NCBI GenBank assembly: GCA_951406725.2
Contig: OX597832.1
Span: 59,086,001-59,150,000, forward strand
Direction of reading: 5' to 3'
Length of the DNA: 64,000 bases
Origin: Octopus vulgaris
Taxonomy: Eukaryota
Shown: positions 26,621-45,174 of the stretch, piece by piece
Numbering within the stretch: the stretch's first letter is position 1
Layout: the number at the start of each line of letters is the position of its first letter
Translations under genes and position numbers: made by a program
The notes under the pieces: generated by a model
What the model was told of the DNA's origin: nothing
The model's database searches: none
What the model saw: the letters and a program-made list of their open reading frames with translations, nothing else

Positions 26621-27460
26621 ATGTGTGTGTGTGTGTATGTGTATGTGTGTGTGTGTATGTGTGTGTAATATATATGATATATTAGAGATGTGCCAAAACA
26701 GTGCCAATAACCAATACCTAATCTATAACTTGAGTAATCGAAGACGGTGCAATCGTATGGACCATCGATTGTGATCAATTCAAATCTATTGATTCAAATC
26801 AAAGACCAAAATTATTTGTGTCAATAGCTGAGTATCCACAAAGTGTGAAATTGTTAGTGGTAAAGGAAGGCAAGGTTAATCCAGTAATTTAATAAAAATA
26901 TGCAAGCACTCACACCTACACACATATAACTACATATATATGTGTCTGTGTATGTGTGTGTACGTGTGTATTTCATACATATTGACTGACTCAGTGGTAC
27001 TCCGTCGCTTACGACGGCGATGGTTCCAGCTGATCCGTTTAACAGAACAGCCTGCTCGTGCAATTAACGTGCAAGGGGCTGAACACCCCAGAGACATTCG
27101 TACCCAGAACACAGTTCTCGAGGTGTTTCAGCGTGACACCGAATGTGACAACTCTGGCCCCTTTGAAATACGGGCATCTCTCCTTTTTGTCAGCTGAGTG
27201 ATCTGACAAAAATGTCTGAAGGACGATGTGTCTCCAAGATTTGAACTCTTGATCTCACGATCATGAGCTGAATGCCTGTATTTTCATATATCCAGATAGA
27301 TACATGGATAGATACATAGATACATAGATAGATAGATACACATACTTATATATACATATATACGCATATGTATGTCTATATATATGTATATATATATGTA
27401 TATATATATTTATATATATATATATATATATATACATATATATATACATGCATATACATA

Positions 27461-28190
27461 GAAATTAAAATATTGTCTACACATAGAACAGATGCAACAA
27501 TCAGACGAATTACAGAAGCTACACACATAATAGAAAATAAACCTAGCCTGAATAAAAAACTAGAATGGAACACTAGCACACACCACAACATATGACGGTG
27601 GAGGATCCCGAAAACATAATAAATACACAGATAAATAAACAAATAGAAATAAATAACTATATATTTTTTTCCGATTTATTATTATTATTACTAGTATTGT
27701 TGTTATACATACATACATGCATACAAGCATATGTAATGATAATAATAAGTGGATGTAAACACATGAACAAAATAAGAATAAACAAAAACAACAACAACAA
27801 ATTACATGAACGTATATAAACAGAAGATACAAATATTACATGCACCCCCCACACACACACTAAATAAACATAGACGCACATAGAGATATAAGCATGCGCA
27901 AATGAAGACATACAATAGAAATACAAAATGGCTGACGGTTAGTAAGGAGAGACACACAAATAAGAAAGAAGAAAACAAAGGACCACTGATGCGGTCACAG
28001 GAGTGTGACGAAAGAACTCTGGCCGAAATAAGATTAAGATTAATGTAAAAAATAAATAACACTGAAGCAAAGTAAAACCAAATATATAGTGCGTGTGTTT
28101 TTATTGGCTAAACTGGCAAAATGACCATTCCGAAATATAACAATATCTGTTTCAACACACGACTTTACATAAAAAATCTTGCACAACAAA
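27461..28190 (+). mobile_element. 5'-truncated Penelope-like element 3' end: GIY-YIG C-terminus, 3' UTR, hammerhead
   Basis: 27461-27595 encodes [37 protein letters not shown], matching the IL..R.I.EA..I....P.LN pattern of Penelope GIY-YIG ends. A hammerhead follows at 27983-28022, and both ends abut (TA)n. Confidence 0.75.
27983..28022 (+). ncRNA. Hammerhead ribozyme motif in Penelope-like 3' region (A9->C)
   Basis: CCA-CUGAUGC-G-GUCACA[GGAG]UGUGAC-GAAAG[AA]CUC-UGG. Confidence 0.7.
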
Positions 28191-28239
28191 TATATATATA
28201 TATTATATTATATATATGCGTACGCGCACATTCATTTTG

Positions 28240-28495
28240 GGATCACCACCTCTTTGTTATCTCCCCTTCTCTCTATCTCTCCTGTGTGACCCTTCTGTCC
28301 GACCTTCACCATAATAGATCGCCAGCGGCTACACATTCTTTATTTTCCATCCTGCTTCTTTCTGTGATCCTTTCTGTGGAAGAGCGTAGGCTCGAAACGT
28401 TAAAGACTTTTTCACTTCTCGAGCGTTATACTAATACATCTGTTTGTTGTGCACACCACCTCTCCTTTTTTTTGTTTTTTTGTGTATTCTCCCTA
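28240..28495 (+). mobile_element. Penelope-type pLTR fragment (P2)
   Basis: CUUU-CUGUGGA-A-GAGC[GUAG]GCUC-GAAAC-GUU-AAAG at 28370-28405. The tail runs into (TA)n. Confidence 0.6.
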
Positions 28496-28704
28496 TATAT
28501 ATATAGAGAGAGAGGGGGAGAGTGAGAAAGAGGGAGAGAGACAGAGAGACAGAGGCAGACAGATAGACGGACAGAGAAAAACAGACAGAGACAAAGAGAT
28601 TAATAGATAGGTAGTTATTAATAAAGAGAAATACTTCACGGTTGAAAATTTAATATTTTTATGAATATTTTTATTAATAGATAGATAGATAGATAGATAG
28701 ATAT

Positions 28705-28780
<76 letters not shown>

Positions 28781-28806
28781 ACAGACAGACAGACAGACAG
28801 ACAGAC

Positions 28807-28871
<65 letters not shown>

Positions 28872-29644
28872 TAGAGACATAGAATTTTTATATAGAAAAT
28901 AGAGTTGGTATGTAGAAAATAAAATTGATAGATTGATGTATACGAATGTGTAAGTACGCTGGTGTGTATGCTTGTATTGTCTTCTCTCCGTGTTTGCTTT
29001 GTCTACACTTGTGTATGTATTTCTATGTGTGTACACGTTTATGTCGGGTGATTGTGTGTACGCAAATATCGGTGTATACATGTTTATATGTGACTGTCCG
29101 TCTGTGATTAAATGCATCACCGCTCCTCCATCTCCCTCCGCCTACACACAACCAACTCCATCTCCCCCAACTAACCGCCACCCTACCTCTTTACTGCATC
29201 TTGCTCGACGCTTTGTCTGAGCAATCAATTCTCGTTTTTTGGCAAGCCAGTACTAGGTCCTCACCTCGTGACCTAGCATTGCCACACTTGTATAACGGCG
29301 AAGTGGAAACAAACATTCTTTGCTTGGAATTATGATTAACGATCGTTTATCGACGACCATCTTCAACCCTACAACTTCTTGTTTGTCTTCTATTCTTGTT
29401 GCTGGTTGTTGTTGTCGTTGCTGCGGCCTTCCTTCTTTACACTATGTTTTTTAATTCAATATATATATATATATATATATAGTTTTTTATGTATTTGTTT
29501 TTTTGTGTGTGTTTTTTGTGTGTCGTCTGCTCAATCTTACAATTGTTAAAGCTGATATCATCATAGTTATGTTTTGAAATATTATTTTCCTCTTCTTCTT
29601 TTCATCGTCCCAATTTATTTCCCGTTTCTTCAACCTTTTCTAAC

Positions 29645-29921
29645 CTTTATCATCCTCATCATCATCATCATTGTCCTCCTCCTCATCATCATCGTCATCA
29701 TCTTCTTTTTCTTCTTCTTTCTTCTTTCTTCTTTCTTCTTCTTCTTCTACTTCTTCTTCTTCATCTTCATCATCTTCTCCTCCTCGTCCTTCTTCTTCTT
29801 CTTCTTCTTCTTCTTCTTCTTCTTCTTCTTCTTCTTCTTCTTCTTCTTCTTCTTCTTCTTCTTCTTCTTCTTCTTCTTCTTCTTCTTCTTCTTCTTCTTC
29901 TTCTTCTTCTTCTTCTTCTTC
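29645..29921. repeat. (TCA)/(TTC)n trinucleotide array
   Basis: Read directly; pure (TTC)n from about 29790. Confidence 0.95.
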
Positions 29922-30149
29922 TGTTGCCAACTACCGCTGCTGTTTTCTTTAAATAGAATGTCTTCATCTAATAATCGTCATCAACAAAGCGACGGAATGG
30001 CTACGCTGTAGATCGACCAGCTCAAAATAGCAGCCACTTCCCTCACCTAGCCTGCTCCTGCCTTCAACAATTAAGAACAAATTTGGCATCTTAGTTTTTA
30101 GAGGGGAGGGGGGAAAGGCGATACTATGAATACATTTATTCTGTAACAT

Positions 30150-30550
<401 letters not shown>

Positions 30551-31803
30551 TTTCATGAAATATTTAACAAATCAGATTCGATGAGCCACCGTGATAAATT
30601 ATCGTATCGAGCCAGATAAATAAATGATCATAATTCAAATATTATTAATGTTGAATCTAAGATTTCCCATAATCTTTGGTATCTTGCGTAAGAAACTTCG
30701 AACTTACATCGTAGTTAATTCATTTCTTTTTGGCTTTTAGCCAGAAGAGGAAACAGCGGCTACAATGGCTCACAGCCTTCAGAGGTTGGCGGGAAGGAGG
30801 GTGGAAGGTAACCTCAAACTGGAGACCTTCTTTTAATGCTAAACGCATCCAAGTTACGATGTATTAAGTGTAGTTTAAGGATATTGAACGAAACACCCAT
30901 GTTTCCATAGGTGATTTATCCAAACCCCAAAGAATTCCTCTCAACACATGACTATGATGCTCCCCCTACTTCTGTGCATCACTTGGGTCGATATTATCGA
31001 CTTAATCCGTTTGTCTGTCCTTGTTTGTCCTCTCTGCGTTTAGCCCCTTGTGGGCAATAAAGAAATAAGAATTGTTAGAAGGCAGGGGGAAATGCTTAGC
31101 GGCATTTCATCCGCTTTGATGTTCTTAGTTCAAATTCTGCTGAGGTCGACTTCACCTTTCATCCTGTTCGGATCAATAAAATAAATACCAGTTGAACACT
31201 AGGGTCGATGTAATCAACATATCCCCTTCCCCGATATTGTTGGCCTTTTGCCAAAATTTGAAAGCAATGTAGTAAATATCCTAGCATACAGAAATCCAAA
31301 GTTTGGAATAAGTATTCAGAAGCATTACTGGATATTTGCTGCATAAGCACGAATTAGAATTTACTGCAAATATAATTATTGGGAATCGAGTTTTCCCTTG
31401 GACAACATCGGTATTTCAGACAGTGGAAGACATCTGTTTGCTCGTCTAAAAGCCTTCCAAGAAAAATTAACTGGTGTAGGTCTGCTCATTGTTCAGGCAA
31501 ATTACTCAGCGGCATTTCATCCGTCTTTATGTTTTGAGTTTAAGCCTAGGTCGACTTAGCTTTTCCTCATTTCAGGGTAATGAAATAAATGCCATTTGAT
31601 GTAACCGAGTTATTCCCTGGCTTTGAGCTAAAATTTGAAATCATTATTTTAAAATTTGAACTCCTGGAGACCTGCATACGCACAGACAGCAGTAAGATGT
31701 TATACGTTTTTTCAACTACCTAATACATTCCTCATCATTATGGCCGTGCTAAAGACGCCAACCTTTTATAACAGCTCTTCTGGGTACGCTATTCCAATTT
31801 CCT

Positions 31804-31842
31804 TTATTATTATTATTATTATTGTTATTATTATTATTATTA

Positions 31843-31914
<72 letters not shown>

Positions 31915-32120
31915 GCTGATCGTGACCAGAGATGCACATATCGTTTGCCACTAAGGTGCATGTTCAACTGCCAAGCAAATCTGTGGTATCGAGCAGAATA
32001 TTTGCTGTAGTCCAGTTTTTATACCAAGACAAAACAATGTACATAGTAACACTTCCAATCAGTTAAGATTAGAAGCTATGAAAGCCACTGCTATATTATT
32101 ATTATTATTATTATTATTAT

Positions 32121-32199
<79 letters not shown>

Positions 32200-32227
32200 G
32201 TTGTTGTTGTTGTTGTTGTTGATGGTG

Positions 32228-32276
<49 letters not shown>

Positions 32277-32302
32277 ATGTAGTAGTAGTAGTAGTAGTAG
32301 TA
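31804..32302. repeat. (ATT)n and (AGT)/(GGT)/(GTT)n arrays
   Basis: Read directly; interrupted by about 175 bp of complex sequence. Confidence 0.9.
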
Positions 32303-32697
32303 AATAGACACGGTGTTCAAGCGGGGGAGTGACAGAATAGATGGATCGGTGAAAAGAGTGGTTGGGGAAAAACAAGATGGAGTAGACATATTAGATGGAA
32401 TAGATGGAGAGGGAGTATGTGTGTGCATGTGTGTGTGTCTGCGGAGTGTGTGTATGTGTGTGCGTGTGTGCGGGGGCGGGTGTATTATTAGTGCAGGTAT
32501 ATGTGAGCATGTGCATGTTTCTGTATGCACGAATGTGTGTTTGGAAGATCGAAGAGACCAAACGATGCAATCTGTGAAGAAATGGGAAGGATAAGGGAAG
32601 AGATCTGATGAGCTATTTGTCATAAATAGAAGAAATGTCATTTATTAAATCTTACGATTGGATTCTAATGCTCGGCATGGTGAAGAAGGCTTTAGGT

Positions 32698-32753
<56 letters not shown>

Positions 32754-32801
32754 TTTTTATCTTATATTAAACTTTTTAATAGTTTTTGATAGTTATACAT
32801 A

Positions 32802-32839
<38 letters not shown>

Positions 32840-33074
32840 TTAAAAAATTAAAAAGTAAAAATATTAAAAAAATAATAAATAAGTAAAAAATTAAAAGTTA
32901 AAAATTTATGAATATAAATTTATAATTTTAATTTTGAATTTAAATAATTTAAATTTTTAAATTTTATATTTTATATATTTTGTATATTATATTAATTATT
33001 TTTAATTTTTATGTTTTGGTTTATGTTTTTCATTGTTAGATTTGCCTAATAGTGGTTTTATCTCTAATTTAATT

Positions 33075-33122
<48 letters not shown>

Positions 33123-33456
33123 CGTGTGAGTGTGTAAAAGTTGTAGAGCAATGACCAATATATGGAATCGTGGAATCATGAAGTTCATACAGAAAGCGCC
33201 TCTAATGGATCCAGGTATCACATCACACAATAATCTAATACAGACGACTAACGCAGTGTTCTATGCAGCTGAATATCACAAAGATCCAATGAATGAGATT
33301 ATTTCATGAGGAGTGTATAAGCCATAAAAACTCAGAAGATATGAGAGATGGATATATTTAATTTGTTATCCTCAGGTTTACGGCTGCTTCGAAGCGTATG
33401 TATGTCTGTATGTGGACATACACACACAAACACATACAAACACGCACACGCACTCA

Positions 33457-33528
<72 letters not shown>

Positions 33529-34114
33529 CATACAGAGAGAGAGAGAGAGAGAGAGAGAAATATAGAGAGACATGGATATACATATTTATGCGAAAATACA
33601 TATTCACACACTCATATACATCTGTGTATGTACCATATATACTAAGGTAGATAAAGTGGTACTTTTTTTAGTTGAAATGTAATTTCCTATAAAATACCTT
33701 TTAGCTGATCTAAATTTACTACCGTAATAAAACTATATACGATAATATTTATGGCATTCTTTTGGCTACGACGTAATACCAAGAAATGCGAATCAAGCAA
33801 TGTACTAGTGGCTTATCTGAGAAACTGTGCGTACGCATGGACGTTTATGAATATTTATATACATAAGATAATGTTTCTTGTTACGAGACATTATCTACTC
33901 GTGTAATCTTTATATAAGTTATACCAATTTCAGACACTACTGACTCGCTGCAGGTCTATATTTATTGTTTAGTTGCCTGCAGTGGAATAATATAAAGAAA
34001 TGAGCGGAAAGAGAACACTGGAAATTTTGGAGGTTAATAGTCAATCAGGGACCCATGGAATCACATCGCCCGAAAACTTGCAGGAATTTGCAAACTCTTA
34101 CTCCATTAGGAAAC

Positions 34115-34156
<42 letters not shown>

Positions 34157-34180
34157 ATGTTTTAAAATACGCATATATAT

Positions 34181-34224
<44 letters not shown>

Positions 34225-34288
34225 AAATAAACATATATATATATATAAACATACATATATATACGTATATATATATATTTATATATAT

Positions 34289-34321
<33 letters not shown>

Positions 34322-36510
34322 CAGTATGTGTATGTGTGTGTGTGCGCGTAAATTTGTATTTGAATAGGTAAATAATTGGATAAATGGAGTGTGATATAAG
34401 AAAACTGCTTCTTAGACGGAAGCATATACATATATATCTATAAAACATTAAAATTCAGTTTGATTCTTGCTTGTTTGCAATGTTACTCAGCCAAACTGGC
34501 GCATAATGGAAAAATATTATGAATTAAGTTTACTTCGAAATGTTAATACGAATGGAATAAAAGAGGTTTTCCGTATATCGGGACATGTAGTTTTAAAGAT
34601 ATTAGAGTCTTTTAGGTATAAGTACCCAAAACGGTGCATAGTGAGAAAATATTCCGAAAATAATTTCATTCTGAAACAGAAGAAACTCTATCTTTCTACT
34701 AGACATAGTGCCTTGACAACGAAAAAATGCGAGTTTTTATAATAAATGTTTTTTTTTTTTTTTGGCTTTTGTTAAACACAATATTTTAATCCTTTAGAAA
34801 TATTTTTCTGTGACTGTCATTTCAAAAATATAAGCTGTTTCTAGAGTATTTATATTTTAGCTTTCTTTAAACTGACAATATTTTAATGTTTCTTTAAATT
34901 ATTTTCAAGTGAATATCATTACAAACATTTCTTTTTGGCATATTTAAAAATATTTTAAAGTGAATATAACATTAAAAATACGGTAAATATTTCGTACAAT
35001 ACCCGTTCGTTATTCAGTTTGAAATAGGTTTTTTCCATAGTTTTTTCGAGTGCATTCAACGTATCTCACCTCTAAAGATTTGGCTGCTAGTCCTAGCACA
35101 CCCTATTACAACGTAACAGCTATTTGCGATAAAGGACTCGAAATACCTGTTACGTGGTAGCAGGGCGTGCAAGAAATAGCAGCCAGATCTTTCCTTTTCT
35201 GGGTAAAGGAACCTTTTACGCGTGATTTCGATGTCACATTCCACCAATTCTACTCACTAAGGTTTAGTCAATTCAAGGATGCCTATAGTACAAGACATTT
35301 GTGCCAGGTGCCATGCGGTGGTTTGAATTCGAAACCCCGCAATTTGAACAGAAATTCCTTTAACCAGAAGGCTGTGCGTAATCTCGATGCTGATATTTTG
35401 CTAACTTCCCATGATGCACATCACTGCTCTGCGAAGATAATAAATTTATAATCAACTTTTTGTTGATATATTGTTTAAAACCTCTGTTTCTCTGATTGTC
35501 CACAGCTTGGGTATACAGACGTTATATTTATCATATGAATTAAGCAACAGGCTGCTGGAAACGCAGGGATATTAACAAGATGTTTCCAGGGATATTAACA
35601 AGGCGAATCCAGAGATAAGTCGTAAAATGCATTAGGAATGCATTCGCAGAAAATTAATCGAGTCACGCTAAAATTCATTCTCCAAAAGTTCTTGCGATTG
35701 CTTTTTTATTTTTGCTGTTGTCCCTTATTTAATTTACAAGACGTAGCAGAGGCGGAAAAGTTGCATACATTGATATATGAACACATACCAAACCACATGT
35801 ACCTGCATGCTGAGGCATGCGTATACAGACGCATATGTATAAATATATACACTCATGCAAACTCAAACAAGCACATACGTATTCATAAAGAGTAACACAG
35901 GGACATATATATTTCTATACTTAAGTTGAAATACGCATATACCTACACACTAAAAGAAACACGCCCATAGGCATACATACACACACATACATACATGCAT
36001 GTATCCATGCATACATGTATACGTGAATGCATGTATGTACATATACACGGATACATATATAATTTGAATATCGTTCCCATTACGAATTTCGCAGGTATGA
36101 GGTAACTAATTGATTATGTGAACGTCGAAAAATATAGGAAAAGTTTTGTTATTTAACCAATTTCCCATTGGACTGGCCATTAATTTTATGACATGACAAA
36201 TGATCCTGCCTTGTTTTTTTTTATTTCTTTCTATAAATACTTTTCTTTGATTGAAAGATTCGTTTTTAAAGAAACATCTTCTTAATACACTATTTTCTGC
36301 ATATGGCCTACCTAGTTATACATTACCGTATATGTCCTTCACGAACTTAAAATATTATTTGCTGGCTATTTTGCTGCTACTTCTAGCTAACCATACAACC
36401 ACTTACGTACTGTGTTAGTGTGGGTTACTCCTAAGTCAGTCTTCATGAAATATATCCATAACCAACAGCCTTCTTTTCATGACCATTTGGTGTTTTGTTA
36501 TCTATATATA

Positions 36511-37879
36511 CACTGCGAACCAGTATCATAATCCATGATAATTTTTTATAGATTTTCTAAATAACCACCCGAGGGATTTTGAGGAAAATTTACATGATAG
36601 TACAGTACACTAGCGTTGGTTAGTATACAAAATTTATTGTATGTAGCTGTCTTAGTTTCCATATTATTTAGCGTACTTGTTTTTCAGGTGTACAGCGATA
36701 ATAGTCCTGGTATAAGAATGTAGTTTTGATCACTTATAAAGATAGAAATACCAACTATTTCAAGAACAATTATTTCAAATAACTCATATGACATAAATGT
36801 ACCATTGAACAACAAAATACAGAAATAACATATTCCTAGAAGCTTTGATTCTATGATTATTGTTTGGTTAAGGAACCATTTTGTTTGATAACCTCAAAAA
36901 TATAGTTGTTAATGGATTCAGTCAGTGTTTTGGTAGTAGAGGGTAGGTCTGCCTTAGCCGAGATTTGTATTGCCTTCCAAAGTGTTTCCTTAGATGTGTA
37001 CTTCTTGCCATTCTGGTAGATGCTCCAGAAGTTCTTGGGGGGTTTCATATTTGGAGAACAGGCTGGGCCCTTCATTAAAGTTTCTCTTTTGATTCCCAAT
37101 GAGGAGAGGACCTCTTCTGTTCTCTTAACAGCAGGTGGTGGGGGCCTTATCGTGGTGCATAGAAATAACCTTGCTAAGTTAAGATAATGGGAGCTCATCC
37201 AGCCAGTCAGTTAGGACAGCCTTAATAAAGTTACAGTATGTGATGGCTTTAAACTTCACACCTGGCACTTAAAATGGACCAATCATCCTTTCTCCCATGA
37301 TTCCAGCCCAAAAGATAACTCCTCCACCCCGTTGCTGATAGGGCAAACACTCATGTGACCAGGGTTATCATAAAACACCCATTCCTTAGCCGAACCATCA
37401 GGCTTATCTAGCGTGGTTCGGCACTCGTCACTGAACAAAATATGCTTGACATCGGTCTTCATATACATTCTACCCCATTCTAACCGAGCTTTTTTCTGTT
37501 TAGGAGTCAACGGAGGCTTGCACGCAGATTTCTTCTCTTTCGCAAAGCTATCAATTACTTTATTTCTGGTTGTTCTGGAGAAATTTCAATGCCAGTATCT
37601 GCAAATAAAGCTTTACTAGTACACCCAGGATTTTTAAGTAAGTATCGTTTGAGATGAGAAATGTCTCGCGCTGTGATCAATGTAAAACTCTTTTGGTTTC
37701 AAAGCGAAGAACTCAGAATCACATGATTAATACAAAAACTTAAAAAGCTGCAAATACTAAATTTTGTATACAGACCAAAATTAGTGTACTGTGCTATCAT
37801 GTAAAGTTTTTGCAAAATCCTTTGCATAGTTATTTAGAAAATCTAAAAACATCATGGACTGTTGTCCCGGTTCGCGGTG
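36511..37879 (-). mobile_element. Tc1-family DNA transposon relic with ~140-bp TIRs
   Basis: Inverted termini TA|CACTGCGAACC.. and ..GGTTCGCGGTG|TA. Peptides PPLTPKQKKARLEWG..ILFSDE and PACSPNMKPPKNFW (decayed WP..SPDLNPIEN.W). Confidence 0.88.
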
Positions 37880-38044
37880 TATAATTATACGTAAAAGTAT
37901 CAATGATTTCATTAAACCAGGGTACTCTAAATTTTATCCCCAGAATGCACGTTGACTCGTTATCCGCACCGGTCATATCCGACCAAAATATTCTGCTTCT
38001 TCTATGTTTATAGTGGCTGCCAGGTCCAACATTTCACACATGAT

Positions 38045-39182
38045 CTACAACGTCATAATCTCATCAATGTAAAACTCTTTTGGTTTCAAAGCGAAGAACT
38101 CTGAAATGTCAGTTTCGACCTCCTCCTGGCTTGCGAAAGTTATGCCCCACAAATGATTCTGTAAACTACGAAACAATTGGTAGCCTGAAGGAGCAAGATT
38201 GGGCAAATAAGGTGGATGAGGATTTTTTCCCCAACCAAGCACATCGATCTTCAGTGATGTGTTCTTGGCAGTGTGGGTTCACGCATTGTCCTGATGAAAT
38301 ATCACTCTTCGATTCACTAAAGCGGGTCTTTTTATCTTCAAAGCTTGGTTCAAACGCTCTAATTGCCGACAGTAGACTTGAGCATTGATTGTTGCATTAG
38401 GTCGTAACAATTCAATGTGAATTACTCCTTTGCAATCCATCTAGATAGAGAGAAGAACCTTTTTCCCATGAAGTTCCCTTCTCGGTTATTGTTGAGCTTC
38501 TTCCCTTTTACCAAGCCACTGTTTACAACATTTAATATTTCGATAGATGATGCATTTTTCGTTACCAATCAGAAGTCTATCCAAAAAAGGTGAAATGGGT
38601 TCGCGAGAATGGAGAGAAGATGTCAACTCGGAATTTGCGGTTGCTTTCAGACAATTCATGAGGCACCCATTTTCCAAGTTTAGGAATTTTTCCAAGTTGT
38701 TGGAGATGACTATGAACAGTTGTATGCTTTGAAATAAGCTTTATGCAAATTCTTCAAATGACAATGCAGGATTTTCTTCAAGTAATGCCTCAAGGAGCTT
38801 ATCAAACTCAACTGGATGTCCTGTTCGATCTTCATTTGCAAGGGTGAAATCTCCACTTCTGAATTTTGCAAGTTCTTTCATTCAAGAATTCTTTCCCATA
38901 AACTGAGTGTATGTTTCGAGTCTCTTCGGCTGCAGAGGTTCCTTTTTTTGTACTCATAAAGCATTATGTGCCACAAATGCTCTTTGAATACTTCCATGTT
39001 AGAAAGTTTTTTATTCAAAGTAATTTTAATTCTATTCTTCTGTAAAATAATAATTAATTAGTTTAAACGAATACAAATACATAAAAATAATTTTTAATTC
39101 CATTAGACATTCTAAAATACTGTAAAATTTCATTTAATTTTAGAAAAGTTAAAATTCGGACAGAACTTATGGGACGGCCATA
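38045..39182 (-). mobile_element. Mariner transposon relic (3' end missing)
   Basis: MEVFKEHLWHIMLYEYKK from 38997, FLDRLLIGNEK (TGDEK) and PHPPYLPNLAPSGYQLFRSLQ (YSPDLAPSD). A TIR-like end lies at 39150-39182. Confidence 0.88.
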
Positions 39183-39799
39183 TATATCAAAATTCCTGTG
39201 TTTTTACAAACCTTGTGTATCTCAAGAAATATCTGTTGCGTAACGACTTTTGAGAACTCCTGCTTTAGACAAAAGGAAATTCATTTGCTATTTCTAGTAA
39301 CTTAAACAACCGTGTAGTGACTTTCATTGGCTCGCTTTGTAATGCGGTAGAGTGTTGCTCGTGAAATAGCTGTGTAACTCAAGTAGAGAGATTCTTTATC
39401 ATTTTACTACATATTAATGGCGCAGGCTTTCATATGGATACATTTTTGTTTGACGATAATATTTCAGCTGATGTCAGTCCAATGGATTAATACTGGGTTA
39501 TTCCCATCAAACACACATACACACATACACGCTCTCTCTCTCCCCCATCACCTTCTCTCTCCCCTCTTTCTCCCACTGCTTCTTCCTCCTCCCTCTCCCT
39601 TTCTCTCCTTTCCTCTTTATTGTTTGTTGTCTTCATCCAGCGATAAAATATTCTCGATAAATTCTTTCTCATTCAAGGTCGTTAACTCTTTCCATTTTTG
39701 CGTCCGTCCTGATTTATTAACTCTCATCTCTTCTCTTCAAACTCATATTTCTTTCCATTTTCCTGCTTATGGAAACCATTTCCTTCTTCTTTTTGCTTT

Positions 39800-43140
<3,341 letters not shown>

Positions 43141-43591
43141 CATACAATCATTATTGTTGTTATTGTCACTATTTACCGTCTCCTCATTCTGTTCTTGTCA
43201 TTCATGTTTTTCAAACAGGACGACGTTGCGTTTGTGTTTTTCTGTTACTTTTTTTTCTCTCCTAAATATTATTCTTGTTTTTGCTGTTTATATAAATCGT
43301 TTTTCAGGTGATTTTCGGCTTGCAAAATTTTCATTTTTTTATTTTGATACATGTTTTTTACGTTTATATTTATTTATGTCTACACATTTTTCTATTTTTT
43401 CTTTACGTTTTTTTTTTTTGTGTCTTTCAACATACGCGTCTCTCAAGGTGAGTGTCTGAAAAAGTGTGTGTGTGTGTTTGGATGAATGTGTGTGCGTATG
43501 CTTGTGAGTAGCTGAGTGTGTTTTTCTCTGCATATAGTATATATATACAAAGATATACATATGTGTGTATACATATATATATATACATATG

Positions 43592-43622
<31 letters not shown>

Positions 43623-43661
43623 ATATATATAAGTATATATATATACATATATCTGTACATG

Positions 43662-43708
<47 letters not shown>

Positions 43709-43714
43709 GTGCAC

Positions 43715-43758
<44 letters not shown>

Positions 43759-44440
43759 GATTGCATGTAGATATATACATGAAGATAAAGTGACATACAC
43801 ACATGGATGGATACATATATAGATAGATATACAGACAGACAGACGGACTGATAAGTAGATAGATAAATATATGCATACATGCATACATAGACATACACAT
43901 ACATACTTACATATATACACCAATACACACATACATACAAATACACGTATATACATACATACATATACATACATGCATGCATACACACACATACATACAT
44001 ACTTACATACATACATACATAAATACATACATACGTACATACATACATACATATATACATACATACACACGTTCGTATATACATACATACACTGCTCCTA
44101 CCTCAAAATATATTTCCTCCATTTTCAAGATGGCTGATTATAAGGTACACTTAAAATACTTAGTAACTGACACAAGACTGGGAAAGAGGGGCGAGGAGAA
44201 ACGTTTCTCACCGCTAGGGGCCTCAAGAAAAGAAAAAAGGGACGGTTTATGACAGAGCCATCAATAGTATTTTCACTGGAAATTCCCACAGCCCTGTGTT
44301 AGCCTCTGTTTTATTGATTGACTGCCAGATCGTCAAAGCCTTCAGAGACAGGAGACGTCTATATATTATCTTCACAAATTATTTATTTTCACAATTTACT
44401 TCATGCTTAAATTTCTATAATCGTTATATGCCCATATTCT

Positions 44441-44485
<45 letters not shown>

Positions 44486-44847
44486 TGAGAGGGGGGTGTA
44501 TGTGTTTATTTTGGGTTCTGCTTTTTTTTTTCAAAAACGTCTTGTTCTAAGATGAATCCATTTTCTTTATTTTACTTCTTTCTGCTGTTCGGCAGTAGTC
44601 ATGCTGGAGCATTTCCTTGTAGACATTTCAGTTGAATGAATCTACCCCTGTCAATTCTAGTTTTGGTTTTGTTAAACCTGGTACTTATTTCATCGGTCCA
44701 TTTTTGCGAACCGCTATGATATGTGTACACAAACACACCAACACCGGCTGTCAAGCAGTGGTACGGGACCAACACAGACACAAAGACACACATACATTGA
44801 TAGATAGATATATACATATACACATACATATACCAACATGTATATAA

Positions 44848-44965
44848 GTCATACTTTGAGTCTCGTTGTAGCCATCATTTGAGTCGCGTCGTAGTCATCC
44901 TTTGAGTCGCGTCGTAGTCATCCTTTGAGTCGCGTCGTAGCCATCCTTTGAGTCGCGTCGTAGTC
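44848..44965. repeat. 23-bp CpG-rich minisatellite, about 5 copies
   Basis: Unit CTTTGAGTCGCGTCGTAGTCATC. Confidence 0.9.
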
Positions 44966-45174
44966 GAAGTGAAAATATTCAATGATATCTAGCATTAATT
45001 GCATGCAAACTGCTTTATTCTTTTGCTCTGTAGCAATTGACAAAATGTAAAGCAACGGGTGCTTCACATTGCCTAAGGTTGGGAAGAATCGAAAATAAAA
45101 TTAGAACTGCTGTCGCGTTGCTGTACTTTGTATTCCCAATACTGTTTCTTCGGCATTCAAATGAAAAAAGCTGA

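Noticed and set aside
29640-29930. Poly-Glu/Asp 'acidic protein' ORF
   Set aside because: It is the antisense of a (TTC)n/(TCA)n array, begins at a non-ATG start and is open in several frames.
30850-32090. Two complex blocks (30850-30975 and 31915-32090) possibly halves of one interspersed repeat
   Set aside because: They cannot be classified or joined from this window alone.
32755-33025. Almost pure A/T quasi-palindromic stretch
   Set aside because: Low complexity between (TA)n tracts; possibly low-quality consensus, with no definable structure.
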